Source: Dehalococcoidia bacterium
GTDB lineage: Bacteria; Chloroflexota; Dehalococcoidia; Plut-88900
Direction: 5' to 3'
DNA length: 64,000 nt
Assembly: GCA_965249275.1 (NCBI GenBank)
Contig: CBDFLQ010000007.1
Span: forward strand, 640,001 to 704,000
A program made the position numbers and the translations under genes. Positions 56,611-64,000 of this stretch are shown piece after piece (positions within the stretch are counted from its first letter, which is position 1; every line of letters begins with the position of its first letter). Below the pieces are notes generated by a model. That model was not told where the DNA came from. It saw nothing but the letters and a program-made list of their open reading frames with translations, and searched no databases.

Positions 56611-57861
56611 ATGTCTAACGCCATCGCGCTAAGATGCAAAGAGTGCGGCAAGGAATACCCCCTTGACCCCATGAACGTATGCGAGTGGTGCTTCGGCCCC
56701 GTCGAAGTCGTATACGACTATGCAGCCGTCGCTCGAACTTTCAATAGAGAGAGCGTGGAGGCCGGGCCACTCTCCATGTGGCGCTACAAGGACCTCCTGC
56801 CCGTCAACGGCAACATCGTAGATTTGGGCACCGGCTATACACCCCTCCTGAAAGCCGACAACCTGGGTAGGGAGCTGGGCCTCGACAACCTCTACATCAA
56901 GAACGACTGCGGGAACCCTACCCACTCCTTCAAGGACAGGGTCGTCGGCGTCGCCTCCACCAAGGCTCGGGAGTTCGGCTTCGACACCATTGCCTGCGCC
57001 TCTACCGGCAACCTCGCCGGCAGTGTCGCCGCCCACGCCGCCCGAGCCGGCCTGAAAGCCTACGTCTTCATCCCCGCCGACCTCGAAGTAGGCAAGGTAG
57101 TGTCCGCTGCCATTTATGGCCCCACCCTAGTCGCCGTCAAGGGCAACTATGATGAGGTCAACAGGCTCTGCAGTGAGCTCGCCGACAAATACCAATGGGC
57201 CTTCGCCAATATAAATATGCGCCCCTACTACTCCGAGGGCTCCAAGACCCTCGGATTCGAAGTAGTAGAGCAGCTCGGCTGGCGCTGCCCCGACTGGGCC
57301 GTGGTACCCGCCGCTTCCGGCTCTCTCTATACCAAGATCTGGAAGGGCATGAACGAGCTCGCCGAGGTCGGCCTCACCGACGTACCCCACACCAAGATGG
57401 CCGTCGCCCAGGCTCGAGGCTGCTCTCCCATCATCACCGCCTACGAAGAAAACCGCATGGACATCAAGCCCGTGCGGCCCAATACCCTTGCCAAATCCCT
57501 CGCAATCGGCAATCCCGCCGACGGCTACTATGCCCTCAAGACCATCAAGGAGACCGGCGGTGCGGGCGTCGCTTCCACCGACCCAGAAGTCGTCGAAGGC
57601 ATGTCCCTCCTTGGCCGCACCGAGGGCATCTTCACCGAGACTGCCGGCGGCGTCACCATCGCCGGCCTAAAGAAGCTTGCCGCCTCCGGCACAATCAAAC
57701 GCGGAGATCTAACCGTAGCCTATATTACCGGCTCGGGCCTCAAGACCCAGGAGCCCGTACAATCCCTCATCGACCCCGTTACCATAGATCCAACTATCAT
57801 CTCTTTCGAGGACGCCCTGGAGGCCCGTGGGAACGGCATCCGCGCTACTGCTAACGCCTAG
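56611..57861 (+). CDS. thrC: Threonine synthase-like PLP enzyme with N-terminal zinc ribbon
   Basis: CKEC..CEWC, NPTHSFKDR, CASTGNLA, EGSKT, ITGSGLK. Confidence 0.88.
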   Translation: MSNAIALRCKECGKEYPLDPMNVCEWCFGPVEVVYDYAAVARTFNRESVEAGPLSMWRYKDLLPVNGNIVDLGTGYTPLLKADNLGRELGLDNLYIKNDCGNPTHSFKDRVVGVASTKAREFGFDTIACASTGNLAGSVAAHAARAGLKAYVFIPADLEVGKVVSAAIYGPTLVAVKGNYDEVNRLCSELADKYQWAFANINMRPYYSEGSKTLGFEVVEQLGWRCPDWAVVPAASGSLYTKIWKGMNELAEVGLTDVPHTKMAVAQARGCSPIITAYEENRMDIKPVRPNTLAKSLAIGNPADGYYALKTIKETGGAGVASTDPEVVEGMSLLGRTEGIFTETAGGVTIAGLKKLAASGTIKRGDLTVAYITGSGLKTQEPVQSLIDPVTIDPTIISFEDALEARGNGIRATANA

Positions 57862-57882
57862 CCGACCCCAAGAGGACTCGAC

Positions 57883-58125
57883 ATGGTAAAGATGAAAGCC
57901 AGGTTCACCTTCCCCACGGACCTCGTCACCGAGCCCGTTATATACGGCCTTGGCAAGAATTTCGACGTCATTACCAACATCCGCCGCGCTGACGTCACCG
58001 AGACCCAAGGCTGGGTCATCCTCGAACTTGAGGGCGAAGAAGAGCAGATTAATCGCGGCCTCGCCTGGGTCTCCGAGACCGGCGTCCGAGTCGACCCCAT
58101 AGTCGGCGATATTGTAGAAGGTTAA
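57883..58125 (+). CDS. Stand-alone NIL domain protein
   Basis: FTFP..EPVIY..TNIRRADV..GWVILELEG. Confidence 0.88.
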   Translation: MVKMKARFTFPTDLVTEPVIYGLGKNFDVITNIRRADVTETQGWVILELEGEEEQINRGLAWVSETGVRVDPIVGDIVEG

Positions 58126-58183
58126 TTTAGCCCCTATCCTGACGACATTAGATTCGCGGAATAGTACTTAGGAGGTCCCTTAA

Positions 58184-58459
58184 ATGAGCGTCAGCCTTAA
58201 GATCCCTACGCCCCTTCGCCGTATGACCAACGGAGAGAGCAGTGCCACCGTTGAAGGGACGAACATCATGGAGTGTATAGACTCGCTCGACGCACTTCAC
58301 CCGGGGATCAAGGCCCGACTCGTCGCCGACAGCGGGGAACTCCACCGATTCGTCAACGTCTACGTCAACGGCGAGGACATTCGCTTCAAGGACGGCATCA
58401 CCACCGCCGTCAACAGCGGCGACGAGGTCAGCATCGTCCCTGCCGTCGCAGGCGGCTAG
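58184..58459 (+). CDS. MoaD/ThiS family sulfur carrier protein
   Basis: IPTPLR, FVNVYVNGEDIR, C-terminal PAVAGG. Confidence 0.93.
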   Translation: MSVSLKIPTPLRRMTNGESSATVEGTNIMECIDSLDALHPGIKARLVADSGELHRFVNVYVNGEDIRFKDGITTAVNSGDEVSIVPAVAGG

Positions 58460-58483
58460 ACCCCCGGCCTCCGACCCCATTCC

Positions 58484-58718
58484 GTCATTCCTGCCCCCGC
58501 AGGAATCCATCCCTCTCAGTTCTTCTTGGGTGACGCCTTTGCCTAACCCTATCGGAGAGCTTGGCGGGCGTCCTACATCCCCTACTGGTCGAGACATTTG
58601 CGTAACCAGTGTTGGAGGGGCGGGGGCCGCTCGTGCTGAGGCTCTCGAAGTATGAGCGGGGGGGGTTAGGTGATCTGGATAGCACTAAAGATGCAATCTG
58701 AAGTCACAAAAAGGTGCC
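58484..58718 (+). repeat. Repeat mosaic: family C (58484-58513), degenerate hairpin (58532-58576), MITE-like element (58591-58718) with family A core (58627-58659)
   Basis: GTCATTCCTGCCCCCGCAGGAATCCATCCC; GACGCC..GGCGTCCTAC; GAGACATTTGCGTAA..; CCGCTCGTGCTGAGGCTCTCGAAGTATGAGCGG. Confidence 0.8.
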
Positions 58719-58823
58719 TTGATGGTGGAGGGCTAGGGGCTAAGACTCGCCGAGGCTAGCGAGGGTGATCCGAGGGTGAGCAATCGGCAAAGCTCACAGT
58801 CTCGCAATGGTCCGTTCATATTA

Positions 58824-58870
58824 GAAATGCAAAGGCCGGATGCTCGATGAGCATCCGGCCTTTGCATTTC
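58824..58870 (-). terminator. Perfect 22-bp stem hairpin, probable terminator for the LLM gene
   Basis: GAAATGCAAAGGCCGGATGCTC-GAT-GAGCATCCGGCCTTTGCATTTC. Confidence 0.75.
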
Positions 58871-58902
58871 ACCTGGTCGGTTCGGAGTCCGAGATTTGGG
58901 TT

Positions 58903-60096
58903 CTAGGAAGCCGCTATCGGCGCCCTCGCCGACTCCCGCTGGAACCGAGGTATGACCCTTTCATTGAACAGTTCCAGGCTGTGGTACACCGTCTCGAACG
59001 GCACGAAACCCGGGTTAGGCCACAGCGTAACGTGCTGGCAGTCTAACTCCTCCTGCAGCTTCGCAATCTTCTCCGCTACATAGTCCGGAGACCCGATCCA
59101 CGTTATTTCCTTCTCCTGCGCGAAGTCGAACCAGTCCATGTTCAACTCGTCGTTGGTTAGCTCTTCATCCACCGCCGCTGAGCCTGTTCGCCCCCATCTG
59201 TCGTTTATCCCCACGGCAGCCCTGAAGAACGCATTCACCCCCGGTCTTGCCTCTTTCTCTGCCTGCTCCTGAGTCTCGGCTACGTGGGTTAGCCTCATGA
59301 CATTCAGGCTCTTTCCGTCCGGGGTTCTCGCAAAAGGTATGTTCCCTCCGAATGCCTTGGACGCCGCCACCTGATACGCGTTCCACGCCTCCCTGACTCC
59401 GTCGAAGGTCCGGCCCACCGTCGTCGTGCATATCCCCCGAGTCCCGGCAAACGTGTACGAGCTTGTGCTGTCTGCAGCCTGGTATATCGGCGGGCGAGGC
59501 TTCTGGTACGGCTTCGGCATCACGTGCAGACCTATCAGCTCACCGTCCGGGCCAAAGTGACTCGAGTCCCCGGCGTATATGGTCGGGTCTTTCTCCTTCC
59601 ACCCTGGGACCGGGTACGTGTAAAAACGGCCCTCGTGGCTGAAGGCTCCATCTCCCCAAGCCTTTAGGAGAATGTCCAGCGTCTCGCTGAACAGCGCGTA
59701 GTTCGTCTCCCTGTCCCGCCTGTTGGCATTCACGTTGAACTGGATGCTAGCGGTGCTGTCCGTCCCCCGAGCTATACCCACGTCCAGCCGACCCTTCGTC
59801 ATGTTGTCCAGCATCGCCAGCTCTTCCGCCAGCCTGATCGGGTTCCAGTCGGGCAGAATGCAAGCTGTCTGCCCGACCCGAATCCTCTCCGTCAGCCCAG
59901 CGAAGAAGGTGCAAACTTGCACTGGATTCGGCGCCGCCACCGGCCACCCGCTGTACCAGAAGTGGTGCTCACCCACCCAGACCCCCGTGAAGTCGGTCTG
60001 GTCGTACAGAAGGGCGGTCTCCTTCCACTCTTCCATCAGTTTGTCGGCCGGGTATTGCTCTACTTCGTGATAGTAGATGTTGCTGTCGAAGCGCAT
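58903..60096 (-). CDS. LLM class flavin-dependent oxidoreductase
   Basis: WVGEHHF, RIRVGQ, GRLDVGIARG, PKPYQKPRPPI. Confidence 0.92.
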   Translation of the reverse strand: MRFDSNIYYHEVEQYPADKLMEEWKETALLYDQTDFTGVWVGEHHFWYSGWPVAAPNPVQVCTFFAGLTERIRVGQTACILPDWNPIRLAEELAMLDNMTKGRLDVGIARGTDSTASIQFNVNANRRDRETNYALFSETLDILLKAWGDGAFSHEGRFYTYPVPGWKEKDPTIYAGDSSHFGPDGELIGLHVMPKPYQKPRPPIYQAADSTSSYTFAGTRGICTTTVGRTFDGVREAWNAYQVAASKAFGGNIPFARTPDGKSLNVMRLTHVAETQEQAEKEARPGVNAFFRAAVGINDRWGRTGSAAVDEELTNDELNMDWFDFAQEKEITWIGSPDYVAEKIAKLQEELDCQHVTLWPNPGFVPFETVYHSLELFNERVIPRFQRESARAPIAAS

Positions 60097-60185
60097 ATCT
60101 CCTCCAGGTGTGCCGGACTACTTTACCGAGAGCCGCGCACCGCCGACACCGTAGTCGTGATTATAACCCAACCCCGGCCCCCGGC

Positions 60186-61919
60186 TCAGTACCCCCGTGC
60201 CTCCGCCCGACGCAATACGTCCGCCCCTCCCCGCAGCCTCCCCGACTCCTCGTCAATCAGCACGCCCACAGGCCGGGCAAAGCTGTGATTGGCATAATCT
60301 TCCGGCCCAACCACCATCCGGTGACCTCGAGCCTTTAACCCCTCCACAACATCCGGGGCAATGGCCTCACCGTACAGCGTGTCCAACCCACTGGCATCCA
60401 CCCTAGGCGCCGCTATCGCATCCTGCATCCCCATCCCGAAGTCCACTACGTTCATCACCACCTGCGTCACCGCGTTGATGATCTTCCTGCCGCCCGGGGC
60501 CCCGACTGTCATAAAGGGGCGCCCGTCCTTCAGCACCAGCACCGGCGACATGTTTACCAGAGGCCTCTTCCACCCTGATATCGAGTTCGCCCGGCCGGGG
60601 CTCGGGTTGAACCACAACATCCCGTCCGCCAGTATCACCCCCGTGCCTCGACACGCGATCATCGACCCGAAAGAGTTCACAACAGTGTGCGTACACGACA
60701 CTATGTTCCGGTCCTTGTCGATTACGCTCAAGTGCGTCGTGCTTGACTTGGGCGAAGGCCCCGACATCTCGTTCTTCTCCCCTTCCTCTCCCGGGTCGAA
60801 GGCCCACGGGTCGTGGATCGCCGTATCAGCATAGGCCAGCCACGGCGGGGTATTTCCATCGGGTTCCAGCCTTGCATTCACCCTGTCCATCTCGGCTGCC
60901 AGCGCCGCCCCGTATCCCGCAGACAGCAGGCCCCTGAGTGGAACGGACACGAACTCGGGATCTCCAAGGAACCGGTACCTGTCTGCAAATGCATGCCGAG
61001 TCGCCTCTATGAACAGGTGCAGCGCCTCCGCGCTATTGTGCCCTCGTGCCCCGAGGTCTAGGTTGTTCAGCACCGATAAAGTCTCCAGTGCCGTCGTCCC
61101 ACCGTTCACTGCCCTCGCCGCGAGCACCGTGTGCCCCCGATAAGTGATCGATACCGGCTCGACTTCCTCCGCCCGGTAGTTCTCCAGGTCCTCTCTGGAC
61201 AGGATACCCCCGCTCGATTGCACATCGCTGGCGATGGCGTCCGCAATGTCGCCGAGATAGAAAGCCTTGGCCCCCGACTTCGCCACCGCCCGAAGCGTCT
61301 GCCCCAGGTCCTTCTGCACCAGCCTCGACCCCACGGTAGGAGGAAATCCTCCATTCAAGAGAAGCCCCGATATCCCCGGATATCTGACTAGCCGCTCCAT
61401 CTCATCGGCTATCGACATCGCCGTGTACCAGTCCACCTCGAATCCCTGCTCCGCGTGGTGGATGGCCGGCTCCATCACCTGCTCCAGCGGCAGCGACCCA
61501 TACTTGCTGTGGGCCATGCAAAAGCCCGCTACGGTACCCGGTACGCTGGCCGACTTCGGACCGATTATGTTCTCCGAGTTGGCAACACTCTGCAGTCCTA
61601 TGTCCAGGATCGCCGAGTCCTCCACCGTGTACATCTCCGGCCCCGCCGCCCCCGGCGCCCGAGGACTGAATTCTATGACCACCGACTTCCCCTCTTGGGC
61701 CAGGTGCACCAGCATGAACCCGCACCCCCCGATGGTAGTCATCATCGGCTCCACCACGCACGCAGTGAAACCCGTCGCCACCGCCGCATCCACCGCGTTG
61801 CCGCCCTTCTTCAACATCTCCAGCCCCGCCTCCGACGATAGGGGATGGTTCGCAGTAACCACACCGTTCTCGGCGACAACTTCGTCCTTGCTGACTCTAA
61901 GCCTGCTGCTCAATGACAT
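60186..61919 (-). CDS. ggt: Gamma-glutamyltransferase family Ntn hydrolase
   Basis: GGNAVDAAVA, VPGTVAG, TTHLSV nucleophile, GAPGG. Confidence 0.93.
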   Translation of the reverse strand: MSLSSRLRVSKDEVVAENGVVTANHPLSSEAGLEMLKKGGNAVDAAVATGFTACVVEPMMTTIGGCGFMLVHLAQEGKSVVIEFSPRAPGAAGPEMYTVEDSAILDIGLQSVANSENIIGPKSASVPGTVAGFCMAHSKYGSLPLEQVMEPAIHHAEQGFEVDWYTAMSIADEMERLVRYPGISGLLLNGGFPPTVGSRLVQKDLGQTLRAVAKSGAKAFYLGDIADAIASDVQSSGGILSREDLENYRAEEVEPVSITYRGHTVLAARAVNGGTTALETLSVLNNLDLGARGHNSAEALHLFIEATRHAFADRYRFLGDPEFVSVPLRGLLSAGYGAALAAEMDRVNARLEPDGNTPPWLAYADTAIHDPWAFDPGEEGEKNEMSGPSPKSSTTHLSVIDKDRNIVSCTHTVVNSFGSMIACRGTGVILADGMLWFNPSPGRANSISGWKRPLVNMSPVLVLKDGRPFMTVGAPGGRKIINAVTQVVMNVVDFGMGMQDAIAAPRVDASGLDTLYGEAIAPDVVEGLKARGHRMVVGPEDYANHSFARPVGVLIDEESGRLRGGADVLRRAEARGY

Positions 61920-61932
61920 CCGGTCTGGCCTC

Positions 61933-63681
61933 CTATGTTTTCTCCCCTTCCGCCAGCCCTGCCAACACTTCCCTCACCGACTCCATCGGAATGTCGTCTC
62001 TGATCACCGGCTTCCCGATATCCTCCAGCAGAACCCAGCGGATCGCCTTACCCCGCACCTTCTTGTCCAGGAACATCGCTTCTATCAACCTGTCTGCATC
62101 AAGGTCGGGCATCGACGTTGGCAGCCCGAACTTCTTCAGCAAACCCGAGAGCCGATCCACCACCTCATCCCCCAACTCCGCATGCTTCCTGCTTAACCTC
62201 GCCGCCCCCACTGCCCCGATGGACACCGCCTCTCCGTGCAGCAAAGTACCGTATTCTGTCGCTGCTTCCAGGGCGTGCCCTATGGTATGCCCGAAGTTGA
62301 GTATCATCCTCCACCCGGCTTCCTTCTCATCGCCGCTCACCACCTTGCCCTTCAGCCCCGAGCTCCGCTTCACTATCTCCGTCGTAATCTCAGGGTCCAG
62401 GGCCAATACCTTCTCCAAGTCCCCCTCCAGCATGTCCAGCATCTCCGGGTCCATGATCATCCCGTGCTTTATCGTCTCCGCCCACCCCGACGCCAACTCC
62501 CGAGCCGGCAGCGTCGCCAAAGTCTCCACGTCCGATAACACCATTCGAGGCTGGTAGAACGCTCCGATCAGGTTCTTGGCTCGCGGGTGGTTTATTGCAA
62601 CCTTCCCACCTATCGCCGAGTCCGTCATAGCCAAAAGGCTCGTCGGAGCGTGTACTAGAGGCACGCCTCGCAGGAACGTCGCTGCAGCGTATCCGGCCAG
62701 GTCACCCGCTACCCCACCCCCCAGCGCCACCACCGTGCTGCCCCGCTCCAACCTCTGCTCCACCATCCAGTCGTATACTCTGGAGAGCGCATCCTCAGAC
62801 TTGCTCCGTTCCCCGGCAGGCACGGCATAGCTTGCCGCCTCAAACCCCGCCAACCTCAGAGACTCCAGTGCTTTCACCCCGTGAATCTCATAAACTGCGG
62901 CGTCGGATATCAAAGCCGCCTTCCCTGAAAGCCCCAGGTTCCTCATCCGCTGGCCCAGATCAGAAAGAGTTCCCCACCCGACGAACACCGGGTATCTTCC
63001 CCCAGGCGTCTCTACAACGAAGGAAGCTCCCATGTCCCGGCAGTACGGTGCCTCCGACTCCCGTCCAAGCGATCCCAATGGAGGAAACACCGAGCCTGCT
63101 TCTTTCCGCCGCCCGAACCTGCGCTGCGCGTATCGGACTCCCCTGATTACTTCCCTCACCACTTCTTCAGTCGTCAGGTCGTCAGTGTGTACGGTCCAGT
63201 CGGCAGTTGCGTAAAAGCGCTGCCGGTACTCCTTCAGCGCCTCGATCCTCTTCTTCGGATCGTCTCCCTCCAGCAGCGGGCGCACCTGCCCTTTCGATTC
63301 GTCCCCCAGGTGCCTTTTCAATCTACCGTAGAGGAAGTCCGGCTTTGCTTCCAGGCACACGATCACGCCACTCTTTGCCATCGCCGCTCGGTTGCCCGGG
63401 GCCAGGGGCACCCCACCCCCCGTCGACACGATCAGCCTCTTCTGGCCGCTGATCTCCTCCAGCAGCTCCTTCTCCCTCGACCTGAATCCCGGCTCACCCT
63501 CTCGACGAAATATCTCCGGTATCGGCGACCCCGTCCTTGCGACTATCTCGTCGTCCATGTCTACATGCTTCCGACGCATCCGCCTCGCCAACCGATGTCC
63601 GATGGCCGACTTACCGCTCCCCGAAAACCCGATCAGGTATACGTTCCAGTCCCCGATCTTAATTTGACCTCGATTATTCAT
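61933..63681 (-). CDS. aroB: Shikimate kinase / 3-dehydroquinate synthase fusion (AroK-AroB)
   Basis: GFSGSGKS and STGGG kinase motifs; GGGVAGDLAG, DSAIGGK, LNFGHTIGHA, HGEAV synthase motifs; start uncertain. Confidence 0.94.
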   Translation of the reverse strand: MNNRGQIKIGDWNVYLIGFSGSGKSAIGHRLARRMRRKHVDMDDEIVARTGSPIPEIFRREGEPGFRSREKELLEEISGQKRLIVSTGGGVPLAPGNRAAMAKSGVIVCLEAKPDFLYGRLKRHLGDESKGQVRPLLEGDDPKKRIEALKEYRQRFYATADWTVHTDDLTTEEVVREVIRGVRYAQRRFGRRKEAGSVFPPLGSLGRESEAPYCRDMGASFVVETPGGRYPVFVGWGTLSDLGQRMRNLGLSGKAALISDAAVYEIHGVKALESLRLAGFEAASYAVPAGERSKSEDALSRVYDWMVEQRLERGSTVVALGGGVAGDLAGYAAATFLRGVPLVHAPTSLLAMTDSAIGGKVAINHPRAKNLIGAFYQPRMVLSDVETLATLPARELASGWAETIKHGMIMDPEMLDMLEGDLEKVLALDPEITTEIVKRSSGLKGKVVSGDEKEAGWRMILNFGHTIGHALEAATEYGTLLHGEAVSIGAVGAARLSRKHAELGDEVVDRLSGLLKKFGLPTSMPDLDADRLIEAMFLDKKVRGKAIRWVLLEDIGKPVIRDDIPMESVREVLAGLAEGEKT

Positions 63682-63747
63682 GCGCGTCCGCAATCAAGAG
63701 ATTCAATGAAAATACTCGCGCTTGCCGGGTCTTGCTTTGATTCGACG

Positions 63748-64000
63748 CTAGGACTCCGCGGTCGCCCCCGACCCGACCGGCGCTTCCACAGTCTGCAAAT
63801 AAGCCCTGCAGTTCCGCACCGTCTCCTCGACATGATCGCCACCGAATTTCTCCATTACCGCGTCCGCCAGCACTATGGCCATCATCGCCTCGCCGACTAT
63901 ACCCCCTGGCGGAGCCTGACAAACGTCGCTCCGCTCATAGTGGGCCTGAATCTTCTCACCCGTTGCCAGGTCTACCGAGGGAAGCGGTTTTGCCAGTGTC
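63748..64000 (-). CDS. aroC: Chorismate synthase, C-terminal part (truncated by window edge)
   Basis: Translated by hand: TLAKPLPSVDL..HYERSDVC..GEAMMAIVLADAVMEKFGGD. Confidence 0.93.
   Translation of the reverse strand, partial: TLAKPLPSVDLATGEKIQAHYERSDVCQAPPGGIVGEAMMAIVLADAVMEKFGGDHVEETVRNCRAYLQTVEAPVGSGATAES

Noticed and set aside
17211-58659. Family A/B/C repeats as CRISPR direct repeats
   Set aside because: Copies are kilobases apart with no regular spacers, and there are no cas genes.

Overview
GC-rich bacterial chromosomal segment. Gene content suggests Chloroflexota/Dehalococcoidia, probably SAR202-like (inference from three luciferase-like monooxygenases, four amidohydrolase_2 paralogs, an AroK-AroB fusion and a SelA-like PLP enzyme). 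It is mostly housekeeping: tRNA-Ser, dprA-topA-xerC-aroQ-pepP-efp, tig-clpP-clpX, aspS, an RpoD-like sigma factor, folD/metF, acpS-nnr-vapBC-coaX-coaBC, valS, prs-secA-polX, cbpA-hspR-clpC, hsp20, thrC-NIL-moaD and aroC-aroKB-ggt, with catabolic paralogs and one IS5. The most unusual signal is a nested set of tiny palindromic repeats. At least four REP/RPE-like families are present, and all copies I found point the same way. They carry precise insertions of a 21-22 nt hairpin micro-element (consensus YCGNAGRTCCGCCGAGGCGGA, six copies). One repeat is interrupted by IS5, and repeat-like DNA sits in frame inside valS and topA. Other points of interest: three 1110-nt amidohydrolase genes in tandem with mosaic sequences, two unlisted small ORFs, a ThrC-like/NIL/sulfur-carrier module, and a foreign-looking NYN gene followed by a structured RNA candidate. 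All calls come from reading the sequence; no database searches were run.
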